A DNA stretch of 63,507 nucleotides, counting the filler, from Nemertoderma westbladi (taxonomy: Eukaryota > Animalia > Xenacoelomorpha), in the NCBI GenBank assembly GCA_032718475.1. It is 3 parts of 3 records of this genome, joined end to end, with 100 filler letters (N's around TTAATTAATTAA, not from the genome) between each part and the next. Parts side by side here need not be neighbours in the genome. Positions count along the whole stretch, not along the records: positions 1 to 30,455 come from JAUCBJ010005953.1; 2 more parts are not named here. One strand, written 5' to 3'. The notes beneath the pieces are model-generated. The model ran no database searches. It had not been told where the DNA came from and was given only the letters and a program-made list of their open reading frames with translations. Both the position numbers and the translations under genes were made by a program. Positions 1 through 13,500 of this stretch are shown here, piece after piece (the stretch's first letter is position 1; each line of letters begins with the position of its first letter).

Positions 1-776
1 CGGTACTACTATTTATTGAATGGATAGCCCAAACTGCAGAGAAGTATATTACTTGCCAAATTGATTACTATCTCACTCTAACCCAGACAGTAATCAAATA
101 TCAACTGTAAGTTTGTATAATGTATTACCCCGACAGCTGAATAGCTATTCCCTGTGAATCCTATGACAATAATCTATAAGGTTACTCACTGCTATGTTAG
201 GTGGGAGGGAGTTGATGATAATGAATGAGGAGGGACCCAACTAACACTACGTTTGTCTATATGGACGGTCTCCTTACAGCCAGCTGGCTGGCTTTTCTGG
301 TTGAATCATATTATTCCGCAACTAAATAATTTACTCTTTTAGACGTATTTGTGCGTTTTTTTGCCGGACTAACAAATTTTGGCGACGTTCTGTGCGAGAT
401 TGGCGATATTTGAAAAGATTCTGAGGCACAAATATGTTGCTCAGATGACTGAATATCTCAAATAAAAAAGTTGGTGCATACTCAACGAGTGGAAATCGGT
501 GAAATTCGACTTTAAATTTTCAAAACAGCTATTTTTCAGTGACCCCGTGATCGAAACGCCACAAAAACTATACAGTCTTCTGCGCAACCATGTGTTATTA
601 AAATTTGTGCGTACCTGCTTGAGTTTTTGAGATATTGGATGGTTATACATATATACACACACACACAACCACATCGTGTTTTTGAACGGCTCAACTCTTG
701 ACAAGAACTACCCTGGCCTATTAATAGGCAGGTTCGTTATAAATATTCAGCTCGAGTACCAGGTGATATTAATTAA

Positions 777-934
777 ATAAATTGGAGAGCTGAGTAGTGG
801 CTATGTGGCTGAACTGGTTAGCGCTACTGATGAGGCCTGTTAGTACGTAGTGACGTACGTATAGCGCTGGTTCAACCCCCGGTGACGCGCTTTCTCACAT
901 TAATTACAGTTGCAACAGCTCATCTCCAATTTAT
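777..934 (+). mobile_element. possible tRNA-derived SINE-like fragment between short inverted repeats
   Basis: A-box-like TGGCTGAACTGG (806-817) and B-box-like GGTTCAACCCC (869-879), flanked by ATAAATTGGAGA / TCTCCAATTTAT; no clean tRNA cloverleaf. Confidence 0.3.
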
Positions 935-1749
935 ACCATAATTAATAGTGGAACCCCCACACACACTCACACCCGCTCGACGCTATCAAATACTTCCAGT
1001 CGCTAGAATTGCTTTGGTTAATTTTATTAACGATATTGTAAATTATAAATGTATAGTAGGAAACTTCCAATACAGTATTATTATTCTTGTTAATTATTCC
1101 CTGCCTGGCGATTCGGACCACTTTAAATACTATTTTAATATTTCTCCTGAGTGTTAAATGGGGAATTAATATACCTGATCCCAGTAATTTGTATTTGTTT
1201 AAAATGTCTCCTTGTTAAGTGCTTTATAGGGATTATTTGTATCTTATAACCTGAACCTGTGCTATTCCTTTATTGTTTTGGTTAGATTCAGCCCCCATGT
1301 TACCTGGGTTTTAGTGAAAACTTCTGCCTGGTATAATACAACAGCTGAAACTCTTGTACACTTCAACTTCATAAATTACATTTGTTTAATTAATTTTTAT
1401 TAATTACTCTATTATAATTATTTAATTAACTTTTAATGATATAAACTTAAATGATTTATTATAAAATGAACAACATTAATTAATAAATATTAGCAGTTAG
1501 AACCATTAAACGGTTGGCAACCTACTGTACTGGAACTAGGGAAATCGAGGAATGTCTAAAAAAAGAACGGGTATGAGGTAATAAAAGATAGTTTAAAAGG
1601 TCGGTCACGATGAAAAAAAAGGCAATGAAATGAAATAAAAAGACGATAAAAACACTTGAGTTCGTGAAAGGTCTTAAAAGCAAAAAGAGTAACTAAATAT
1701 ATATAAAATAAAATAAAAAAGGCTCTATCGATCTGTCGAGGGAGTTAGA

Positions 1750-1865
1750 GAGAGAACCTCGTGGAGACCTTCAGACAGGGCAGGGTCCATGGTCCCAAGG
1801 ATGGAGGTCGTGTTGCCGATGAGAATGGCTATTAGGAGTCGTTGTTGTTGGAGGAACTGATGGGA
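1750..1865 (-). pseudogene. 3' end fragment of CRE-clade non-LTR retrotransposon
   Basis: Minus strand reads HQFLQQQRLLIAILIGNTTSILGTM, matching HHFLLQRIKVAIVIGNAASIMAT in the copy at 59892-60335. Confidence 0.55.
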
Positions 1866-2325
1866 TAGTTTTAATGTTAATTATTATATTATTTAAATAT
1901 ATTTGTTATTATATAAATTAATATAAAACATTTAAATTTCCCGCCAATTGTAAATGTTATGCTATGGGCTATGCACAACCAAATGTTCAAACTTTCATTG
2001 ATAATCATTAATCAGAGTTATATTTCAGTATTTTATACATGATATATGAATAATAGGCAACAAATAATACCAGAATACCAGTACTAAAAATTTATTATTG
2101 TTGTTATGGGTACCAAAAAAGTACCAAAAGAGTACCAAAAAGCACTTTGTGACTTAGCTACCTAAAACATTCAAACTATACTACCGGTAAGGTAAGAAGT
2201 TAATCAGCTTTTCGTATTATAAAAGCAATAATACAGTATAACGAGATTATTAAATTATTATATATGTTATAATATTATTTATATATTATTATGTTTTTAT
2301 ATTTATTTATTTATTTCCGTTTCAG

Positions 2326-2483
2326 TGGCGGTTTGAGTGGCGGTAAAGCGGCACCACTTATCTGTCTGGGTGGCGGCCAGGTTGTTGTACCGGCTGGGTC
2401 TCCGAACTTTATGGGAGCCGTGATGAGTCACGAACTGGGACACACTATGGGCTTCTCTCACGACGACGACCCTCATCCAGATT
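2326..2483 (+). CDS. ADAM/reprolysin (M12B) metalloprotease, catalytic exon (upstream exons not identified)
   Basis: Pyrimidine-rich tract + TTCAG acceptor; encodes HELGHTMGFSHD (HExxHxxGxxH zinc motif); GTTAGT donor at 2484, phase 1. Confidence 0.85.
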
Positions 2484-2543
2484 GTTAGTAGCTTGTCGGT
2501 CTATCCGTAATCAGTATGCTGCATTACAGCTGCATAAAAAATG

Positions 2544-3490
2544 CTATGCCGAATTATCAACAAAATTGCGCTGCCACAACTCCCTATCACCCATGACATT
2601 TGCTAGATCATCCGCATCTTCAAGGCCAGTGTCCTTTAAGATGCGTCTCAAGAAAGTCATGGGCTGTCCACCATGCTTATTCACTCCATGAGGCTGCCAG
2701 AGTACAAGATTATGCACTGGCTGGTCCTCACGGCGAAAGCAATGTCCTGCAAAGCGGAGGCGATTTTGTTCTAGTGTCAAGCTTGGGGGAACCAATGAGA
2801 CACCTCCAATGTTATATAGTGTCTGGTTGGAGATGTGTGCATTGTACTTGACACAATGAACCCGGCGTAGCATTCTTGTGAATGTGCCATCCAGAGATTT
2901 GGTGTCCTCAGCAGTTAGAGCCCAGCATAGACTCCCATAGACTTCCAGACTGGAACTACTGCTGCTCTAAATAATCGGACAATTAACCCTCAAACTGGTG
3001 ACAACCCATATGAGTTTTTGGGGGCCAATTCTACGTGGTGGGAGTTTTAATGGAAGTGTCTGACTTGGTGCAATAATTTCATCAGGAATCCCATATAATG
3101 AAAGTATGCTGAACATACGTGAGCGGGAGACTGAATCAAAGGCCTTGAAGAAGTCAACAAAGATAACAGCCAGATGCCTGTCTTTCTTTTTTGATAACTC
3201 TTCAATTATCCTTCTAAGTGCCAAAATGGGCTCCATGGTCCCACGACCTTTACGGAACCCATTCTAATTTCCACGGAGCAGTCTCTCAATGGGATCCCTG
3301 ATGCGATTTAATAGAATCCTATTGTATAGCTTTGCAGCAATCGAGATCAATGAGATTCCCCGAAAAGAACCATAGAGTGTTAGGTTGCCCTTCTTGGGAA
3401 CTGGCACCAACCTATTTGCTTCATTTCTTGTGGGACTCTTGTTGTTCGGTACATATCTACTATGATATGGTAAATGAGCTCCAAACACTC
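2544..3490 (-). pseudogene. degraded RTE-clade LINE (RT fragments and C-terminus) in intron
   Basis: Fragments VPVPKKGNL..FRGISLISIAAKLYNRILLNRI, FVDFFKAFDSVSR and RLRFAGHCFRR..LVLWQP; broken by stops, frameshifts and deletions. Confidence 0.85.
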
Positions 3491-3718
3491 TAGTATTTTA
3501 AGGACATCAAGGGGTTCACCATCTACTACACTGTAAGATATAAGTTGTATCGGTGTCTACAATGTTGAACATGATTATTGCCGTTCGGTACGGATTTATA
3601 CGGATTTGAAACACGGAGAAACAAATTTACTTTCGTTATGTTAAAGAACAGGTATTTATTTACTTTGTTTATTATTATTTAAAAAAATTTAATTATCTCA
3701 CTTTTATAACTTTTTTAG

Positions 3719-3770
3719 ACGGTTGTCCTGGAAATTCCTACATGGGGTTAATGTCTCAAACTGGAGTTGA
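3719..3770 (+). CDS. ADAM-type metalloprotease, Met-turn exon
   Basis: TTTTTTAG acceptor and GTGAGT donor; in phase with both neighbouring exons; encodes (Y)GCPGNSYMGLMSQTGV(E). Confidence 0.8.
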
Positions 3771-4124
3771 GTGAGTTGAGTGACAGTACTAATTATTCAT
3801 ATACATACCGGTATGTAATGTATATATATCAGCTACAATAACCCGTGCAGTTGATGAGCGACATCCTGGCGAAAAACATATGCAAAAATATAACCAATGT
3901 GATAATTTTACTTACAGTATTTAAACAGGGTTGCGCTTTGTGTCCCTGCTTAAATAAAACGACTTACGGTTGAACAGATAGAGACATGTTGTTTATCTGT
4001 TTCCAATTAATTTTACTTGCTTAATATTGGTCTGTCAAATATATATTTCGTTCAACCCAAAATTATATGTATATAATATAATATATATATGTTATATGAA
4101 TATGTAATAATGTTATATGTAGTT

Positions 4125-5290
4125 TATGTTATACAGTATGTATATGTAACATATATGTATATGTAACATATATGTATATGTAACATATATGTATATGTTA
4201 TACAGTATGTATATGTAACATATATGTATATGTTATACAGTATGTATATGTTATACAGTATGTATATGTTATACAGTATGTATATGTAACATATATGTAT
4301 ATGTAACATATATGTATATGTAATGTATATGTAACATATATGTATATGTAACATATATGTATATGTAACATATATGTATATGTAACATATATGTATATGT
4401 AACATATATGTATATGTAACATATATGTATATGTAACATATATGTATATGTAACATATATGTATATGTAACATATATGTATATGTAACATATATGTATAT
4501 GTAACATATATGTATATGTAACATATATGTATATGTAACATATATGTATATGTAACATATATGTATATGTAACATATATGTATATGTAACATATATGTAT
4601 ATGTAACATATATGTATATGTAACATATATGTATATGTAACATATATGTATATGTAACATATATGTATATGTAACATATATGTATATGTAACTTATATGT
4701 ATATGTAACATATATGTATATGTAACATATATGTATATGTTATACAGTATGTATATGTTATACAGTATGTATATGTAACATATATGTATATGTAACATAT
4801 ATGTATATGTAACATATATGTATATGTTATACAGTATGTATATGTAACATATATGTATATGTAACATATATGTATATGTAACATATATGTATATGTTATA
4901 CAGTATGTATATGTTATACAGTATGTATATGTAACATATATGTATATGTAACATATATGTATATGTAACATATATGTATATGTAACATATATGTATATGT
5001 AACATATATGTATATGTAACATATATGTATATGTAACATATATGTATATGTAACATATATGTATATGTAACATATATGTATATGTAACATATATGTATAT
5101 GTAACATATATGTATATGTAACATATATGTATATGTAACATATATGTATATGTTATACAGTATGTATATGTTATACAGTATGTATATGTTATACAGTATG
5201 TATATGTTATACAGTATGTATATGTAACATCATGTATATGTAACATATATGTATATGTAACATATATGTATATGTAACATATATGTATAT
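4125..5290. repeat. 17-bp minisatellite (TGTAACATATATGTATA)n with 18-bp variant units (TGTTATACAGTATGTATA)
   Basis: Visible tandem array; the 17-aa periodicity of the ORF track equals 3 x 17 bp. Confidence 0.95.
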
Positions 5291-5534
5291 AAGTATAATA
5301 TAGAAAACTGAAAGTAATTAAATTTACACAAATTTCAAATATAAATGTTCGTTGTGTTTCAAAATTGATAAAGACAAACAACGATTTTCATGGATATCGC
5401 CAGCTGTGTCGAACTAAATAATCGAAAACATTGACAGCTGTTACTTTATCGTTCGAATAAAGTTTGTTTTCGAGTTCCTTATGATTTGTCGAGCTACCTG
5501 ACTATCTCACCTATTTGTACCTCGTTGTTTTCAG

Positions 5535-5703
5535 GTCAGCAGAGGGTTGGTCTCAGTGTTCTTTCGATAAGTACAAGTCGATGTTGCCCCATCTCACGTG
5601 TCTAGACGACGCTCCGTCCAGTGGCGTCGCGGCTTCCGGCCAGCTCCCGACCTGCGGGAACGGGGTTGTCGAACCGGGGGAGGAGTGCGACTGTTTCGGA
5701 ATG
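5535..5703 (+). CDS. ADAM-type metalloprotease, end of protease domain and start of disintegrin-like domain
   Basis: TTTTCAG acceptor and GTGAGT donor; WSQCS...CLDD...CGNGVVEPGEECDC motifs; phase-consistent with previous exon. Confidence 0.88.
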
Positions 5704-5982
5704 GTGAGTTTGTTAACGTCTTATAGTGTAATAATATAATTTCATACACTTTTTTTTATTTAAAATTTTATTTTTATTAAAAATTTTTTTATTTTCCAGT
5801 CTGCGTGAAATACACCGTGAAATATGGTAAACTAAATGATGAGTTATGGGGTGTTATATATCGCGGCGTGAAATAAAGTAATAACAGTATGGTTTCAGTA
5901 TGATAGAAGTATTGTTGTACCGTATTCTTCTGTCTCGCTGAGGTAGCAGTAAATCATTTATCGCAGATGCATACAGTACAAT

Positions 5983-6719
5983 CAGGCCTGGATTAAGGGG
6001 GAGGCTGTGGCTGAGTACGGTAATACAAAGGTAATCATTAAAATGCCCAACTCGGTACGTAACTTACATTTTATAAAACAAATTTATAAACAGGTTTATA
6101 AAAAATATCCGCACGCTACTCTCTCGTTTACAATATAAACCGAGCTATAAAGTCTAGATAAACATATTGTGTGGCTGTATAATGTAGATAGTCTATCAGA
6201 GGTTTATAAATTCTAATCACTGACAGACATCCATATTTCCTCTGTCAGCCGCTAGGAGGAGTGACTAAGTCCACTAATTATTAACTGCTGTGCAAAGCCT
6301 CATAAATTTTTTATCGTTTATTGTTAGGAGTAATTAATAACAATTAAATTCGTCTAAATGTTCAATTTAAACTGATAATATATCACGGTGGGATTAATAC
6401 GTTTATAACTTGGTTAAGTATAAGGGCCATTTGACGATATTCCAGTAAAATTTCGGCTTTGGAGATTATAAACATAGATAACTAAACTAACTCGAAAGTT
6501 GATACGCAGGTTCGTTTAATAATTTAACTTAAAATTAATGTTTCGCGACAACTAACTGTCGCAAATGCGGAATTCTTAAGAATGTTAGCCATTTTGGTAA
6601 AAATTTGAAAATTACTACAACCACTCCATATTATTATAGAACTTTTTTTTTTAGAACCTTTTAGAACCTTTTTTATTAATTACTCAGCCCACAGCCTTGA
6701 TAACCTTAATCCGGCCCTG
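5983..6719. mobile_element. non-autonomous hAT-type element (MITE)
   Basis: TIRs CAGGCCTGGATTAAGG / CCTTAATCCGGCCCTG, subterminal IR GGCTGTGGCTGAGTA / TACTCAGCCCACAGCC, 8-bp TSD AGTACAAT / AGTACAAG (7/8). Confidence 0.75.
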
Positions 6720-8542
6720 AGTACAAGATACATACTGTAGGTTGTTACCGGTACCATACCCGGACTGGACTGTTGTAACTCATTCTGTAGCTGCCTATGC
6801 CTAGCAGGCCTACTTATTAGGCCTATAGGCTGCATAGGTAATGTTACACCGGTTGTTACCGGTATAATATGCTATTATTAATAAACGAAACTTGAAAATA
6901 AAACGACATTTTCGATTTAAATAAACTCCCAGTATTTCACTTTCAGACGCCCGTTTCATATTTCGCTCACTCGTTTAAACCGTATAATATTCCCCTTCGA
7001 ACCGGCGTGAAAAACAGTGATACTTTATTTAAATCGAATATATACTTTATTCTAAAGTCGGCGTGAAATAAAGTAAATTCAAAGCTGCGGTAAAGTTACT
7101 TTTTTATCGGTGTCTGTATTCTTTCAGAGTTGCTAGTCATGTTTACGTGATTCGCACCGTTCGTGCTGTAACTTCTATTGGTGAGAAATAGTTATTGTTC
7201 TAGTAGTTATAAATACATTGCAAGTCAAACTGAACCTTCTTTTATTTTATGATACTATACCTCCGGGGTCTAACATGTCCTCGACTAGCAGCAGGTTCCC
7301 TGAACGAAACCGGAAGTCTATTGGGAAGGGAGGAAGATATTCTACTAGAAGAGCAAGAACCGAAAAATAAAATTAAAATATAAATGATTCTTTATAAAGG
7401 GTTTTATATCGTCGGTTATATTAGACAAAAGGGCATTCGATAAAAAAACGTTGTTCTAAAAATCTTATAAGTCTTTATTGGTTCAACCAAATTTAATATA
7501 TTTGGTATCTGGTGAAGCTCTTTATCTGTTCTATCTCGAATAGCACTTGACATGCAATGATAGGTATAAGTTGTTGGTGGTAATGGCACCATCCACCATC
7601 CTTTAGTAAATTTTCTTTTAAGTACCTTTAAGTCATGATTTTACACAAATTGCACTTTTACACCCGAAAAATTCCCGAACAATGTTTTATTTTTGCACAA
7701 AAATCACAAAATCGCTTTAATATTTCGCCAGAAAATGGACGACATTGTTAGGAATACGCATACATAAGGCCCTTTTACCTTTTTATCGACGCTATGAATT
7801 GCATTGCCAATAATTAGTAACAGTCAGCTTTTTAACTCTTAGCGAATTACGTTACTAATAATACTAATAAAATTCAATTTACAATTAATTAGTTTATCAA
7901 TTAATTGTTTTTTCAATGTCTGTCTGCAATGTAAAGAAGACCTATAAGATTAATTATTTTAAACTGTAAAAATTATATACGCCCAACCTAATCTGTGTAA
8001 ATACTAATTTGTTTATTGTTTTGGGTTGATTTATCCCTTCCATAAACTGGGTTTGTTGGTGAAAATCTGTTACTGCATAGGGGCTAAACAGCAAAGTGAA
8101 ATATAACCGCAGAAAACTGATACAAATGCAAATAATAATGGGATAACATAATTGATCATAAGAATCCAATGACCCCATCCTTTAGTTAGATTTATTAGCC
8201 TTTATACTACAACCTATACCCATACTACCTACATACAGTAATTCTGTGATATTTTCTCCGCAGGACCACTGTCCCCACGACCCATGTTGTGATAGCTCCA
8301 GTTGCCGTTACTATGACGACGTTGAAATTCATACAGATGGACATGCGTGCTTCAGGTGCCAAGGAAACGTAGGTGGATAACCAATAGGCCGAGTTTATTA
8401 GTTTCATTGAAATTTACAAAATATTTTGATCGATTTTCTAAAATTTTTGATTATGATTTTCGATTAGTATTATTGGTTAACTATTAAAAAGATTTTCATT
8501 GTAAAAAGAAGATAATAAATGAAATATTTCAAAAATTAATAA

Positions 8543-10589
8543 TGTCTGTATGTATGTAATCTCTGTAATGTATGTATATCTGTAATGTATGTATATCTGT
8601 AATCTCTGTAGTGTATGTATGTCTGTAATGTATGTATGTCTGTAATGTATGTATGTCTGTAATGTATGTGTTTCTGTAATGTATGTATGTCTGTAGTGTA
8701 TGTATGTCTGTAATCTCTGTAATGTATGTATGTCTGTAATGTATGTGTTTCTGTAATGTATGTATGTCTGTAATCTCTGTAATGTATGTATATCTGTAAT
8801 GTATATATGTCTGTAATCTCTGTAATGTATGTATATCTGTAATGTATGTATATCTGTAATCTCTGTAGTGTATGTATGTCTGTAATGTATGTATATCTGT
8901 AATCTCTGTAGTGTATGTATGTCTGTAATGTATGTATGTCTGTAATGTATGTATGTCTGTAATGTATGTATGTCTGTAATGTATGTGTTTCTGTAATGTA
9001 TGTATGTCTGTAGTGTATGTATGTCTGTAATCTCTGTAATGTATGTATGTCTGTAATGTATGTGTTTCTGTAATGTATGTATGTCTGTAATCTCTGTAAT
9101 GTATGTATATCTGTAATCTCTGTAGTGTATGTATGTCTGTAATGTATGTATGTCTGTAATGTATGTATGTCTGTAATGTATGTATGTCTGTAATGTATGT
9201 AATGTATGTATATCTGTAATGTATATATGTCTGTAATCTCTGTAATGTATGTATATCTGTAATGTATGTATATCTGTAATCTCTGTAGTGTATGTATGTC
9301 TGTAATGTATGTATGTCTGTAATGTATGTATGTCTGTAATGTATGTAATGTATGTATATCTGTAATGTATATATGTCTGTAATCTCTGTAATGTATGTAT
9401 ATCTGTAATGTATGTGTGTCTGTGATTTCTGTAATGTATGTATGTCTGTAATGTATGTATGTCTGTAATCTCTGTAATGTATGTATGTCTGTAATGTATG
9501 TATGTCTGTAATCTCTGTAATGTATGTATATCTGTAATGTATATATGTCTGTAATCTCTGTAATGTATGTATATCTGTAATGTATGTATATCTGTAATCT
9601 CTGTAGTGTATGTATGTCTGTAATGTATGTATATCTGTAATCTCTGTAGTGTATGTATGTCTGTAATGTATGTATGTCTGTAATGTATGTATGTCTGTAA
9701 TGTATGTATGTCTGTAATGTATGTGTTTCTGTAATGTATGTATGTCTGTAGTGTATGTATGTCTGTAATCTCTGTAATGTATGTATGTCTGTAATGTATG
9801 TGTTTCTGTAATGTATGTATGTCTGTAATCTCTGTAATGTATGTATATCTGTAATCTCTGTAATGTATGTATGTCTGTAATGTATGTATGTCTGTAATGT
9901 ATGTATGTCTGTAATGTATGTATGTCTGTAATGTATGTATGTCTGTAATGTATGTGTTTCTGTAATGTATGTATATCTGTAATCTCTGTAATGTATGTAT
10001 GTCTGTAATGTATGTATGTCTGTAATGTATGTGTTTCTGTAATGTATGTATGTCTGTAATCTCTGTAATGTATGTATGTCTGTAATCTCTGTAATGTATG
10101 TATATCTGTAATCTCTGTAGTGTATGTATGTCTGTAATGTATGTATGTCTGTAATGTATGTATGTCTGTAATGTATGTATGTCTGTAATGTATGTGTTTC
10201 TGTAATGTATGTATGTCTGTAGTGTATGTATGTCTGTAATCTCTGTAATGTATGTATGTCTGTAATGTATGTGTTTCTGTAATGTATGTATGTCTGTAAT
10301 CTCTGTAATGTATGTATATCTGTAATCTCTGTAGTGTATGTATGTCTGTAATGTATGTATGTCTGTAATGTATGTATGTCTGTAATGTATGTATGTCTGT
10401 AATGTATGTATGTCTGTAATGTATGTGTTTCTGTAATGTATGTATATCTGTAATCTCTGTAATGTATGTATGTCTGTAATGTATGTATGTCTGTAATGTA
10501 TGCATATCTGTAATGTATGTATATCTGTAATCTCTGTAATGTATGTATGTCTGTAATGTATGTATGTCTGTAATCTCTGTAATGTATGT
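8543..10589. repeat. satellite array, left part: 17-bp TGTAATGTATGTATGTC with 9-bp TGTAATCTC units
   Basis: Visible tandem array ending at the left TIR of the transposon. Confidence 0.95.
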
Positions 10590-13500
10590 GGGTCAGTCCA
10601 TATGAAAACGACCAAAATGGTAAATCTGAAAAACCCAACATGGCCAGTTTGACTAAATTTTTTTACATAATGAATATAAACATATGTAATGAAATTTAAA
10701 AGTAAAATGAGTCAAAAATATTCATTAGAAGCTGAGATATCAGTATTTGAAATTTAGAGTTTTCGGGCGCTCGCGGCATCTATCGCATTGGTACTTTTGG
10801 AGTCTTCTAGTACACAATAGACTATAAGGGAACTCTAAAGGCATGAAAAATTGGTTATGGGGTATATTTGTGGTGCTGATCTCAAAAATGACCACAAAAA
10901 GGGAAAATTCGAAAGACAAAGTGCTGTAATCAGCAATTTTTTTTCTTTCGCAATAGCCAAAGAAAGGCGTAGAACTACCAATGTGGCACTGTTACTACAA
11001 AGCTGAAACTTGGTGTGTATCGTTACTACATTATAGTTATTTCATTGAACCATTAAAATTCCTGGGTATATGACATCTTTAAATTCTATCACAGATCAAA
11101 AATACCGTTTTTTGAGTAATCGCGAAGGATCGCGAGAAGAATTTATCAGTTGATTTGCCTTCTTTAACATTCTGGCAGACTTAATGTGACCATTAGGTAC
11201 TCTAGTTGGATATATTGCTTCCATTTAAGCTCATTTAAATATGATTTTGAGAGAAGCCATTTTTTCAATACATTCCACTTCATCGCTTGGAATTTGGTAT
11301 ATTCTACCACTAATGCTAGTTAGTAGGGGTGCATCAATACCTTTTATTATATGATATTTTGGAACCCAACACTCATCCTTCTGTGCAGGCCATTTCCAGT
11401 TTAGTTTAGAGGATTGTTGTGCTTGGTGCATGAATGTGACATATATATCATTATATTCGTCAGAATGATCTTCTACAATTCCTAAGTACCAGGCCTTATC
11501 ATATATTACTGAAACCCACTTTCCTGTTCCAATATCTACCTCAGCTGAAAATGGTGACAAATATGATGTAGGTGACACGATGGTGAAGTCAGAATCAGCA
11601 GAGATTCTAAACATTTTTAGATGATTCGAATCTCCTGCAATAGGAACAAATTTATGATGACTCCGTGTGCCAGATACTGTTGCTGCATCAGTAAGTCTTG
11701 AAGTTATTTTAGAAGTATGTTGTGCAACTTCTTCTTTAGAAATATAAAAGTAGTGGACATTTTTGACATTTGTGTTTAACCATTTAAACATATCTGCTGG
11801 AGTTAATATCTGACTATCACTTGTTGCCTGCAAACTAGCCCTGGCAACCAACCTTTTGGTGGTTCCTCCTATGCCATCACAAGTACTTTTCCCATGGGAT
11901 GTGGCAAAAAAATTCCACTCAGCTTCTACAGCAAAGTCTGCTTGGTGCATACAAAGGTTTGTAAAGTTTTTACAATTCTTATACTGTTGCGAAGAACCAT
12001 CAGAAAAGTAATGAACTGTACCTTGAATTTGGGGAAACTGATTCTTTATATGGCGCATTAATGTGCTTAGAAATGTATGTACAGTGCCTACTCCATGATC
12101 TCTCTCATCACTAATTACACAGTAACTGTAGGACACCAATTTTCTTGAACTTGGATCTTTAAGGTAAACAACAAAAGGATGAACTGTTGCCTGTGTGTTG
12201 TCCCAGTGATACCCTTGGACAGCATCTTGACAAACAAAACTGTAATTCTCAGCAAAGTCTAAGAGGATTATGCAGTCTGAAGATGATAGTTCTTCTTTTA
12301 ACTTTGAAAGCCTTTCTGATTGCATTTTAGATATGAATGAATGTGGCAAAGCATTATAAATTAGCTTAGAAGCAAAATCAATAAACTCATCAACAGTGCT
12401 TAGCTTGACAACAAGTTCAGAGTTAGAGGTCCATTGTCTATATTTAATTTCTGAATCCAATTCAATGTCATTATCAGAAAATACATGCTCAAGAGCAGAA
12501 ACAAGGGAAGGGAGACCCGGGCAATTTTGGCATTTGTGAAGCATACAGTCTCGATTGTCTAGTTCGCAAACAGCTTTATTGAAACAATCCTTATACGAAA
12601 CATTGGAAGGAAGTGCTTCACACACCAGTTTCATGTTCTGATGTATTTGGCAAACACAGGTACTGTGTGCTCCATAATCTGAAACTGTAATACACCACTT
12701 TGGTCGTAGTTCGCAAAATTTGGAGAAACCAAGTTTACACAGTGGGTGTCTCTTCTTAAATTCGATATACAGCTCACTCAGGTTTGTTAAAATAAGCCTT
12801 TTTTGGATATGGACACGTTTTTTTAAATCATCTGAGTAAACTGATTTAAATTCTTTTTTTCCTGGGCACTGCCTTGAAAATTCATCATCTTGGTAAAAAG
12901 ATGAGACTATGTCTACAGTTTCCTTACTAATTGTTCTGGATCCTTGTTTCTTTTCTACATTTGGAAGTAACCCGTGTTCATTGCGTAATTTTCGAGCTTG
13001 CTTAGCAGTCCAATTTGTCACTTGAAATTCACACACCACTTTCTGTATTGTCCAACTCTGTGGAGCAAGTGTAAGAAGTTTAATTTTTTCCTTTGTAGTA
13101 TTTGCTAGTGAAACTTGAACTTTTAATCCTGTTACAAGTCTACTACAATCTGAACAATTTTCAGAAACCGGTTCCATCGTAGAGGAAGACTGCAAAGCAT
13201 TGTGTTCTAAATTTAATGCCTTATGTAGTTTTGATCTAACTGCATCATCAATCTCAGCTGCTTTGCGTTTCCCATACAATTCTCGTGGTCCAGTACTATG
13301 GGATTTAATTGGACTAATCCCAAGATTTGTAACTGTTAGATTGAGATTGTCTCGAGCTTCTAAGTACTCCGTTTCAGAATCAGCAGATGAGAGTGAGCTG
13401 CGACTATCCTCACAAATAATATCCGTTTTCTGCTTGTCATTGACTCCTTTCCTGCAGTTTGTACATAACTTTTCGCCAGGTTTAAAATTTCGTTCAGAAA

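Noticed and set aside
799-890. tRNA gene
   Set aside because: Only A/B-box-like words; no acceptor stem or cloverleaf could be built
4124-5381. Long minus-strand ORFs (MLHIHICYIYIYVTYTY)n
   Set aside because: Translations of a stop-free 17-bp minisatellite, open in all three frames
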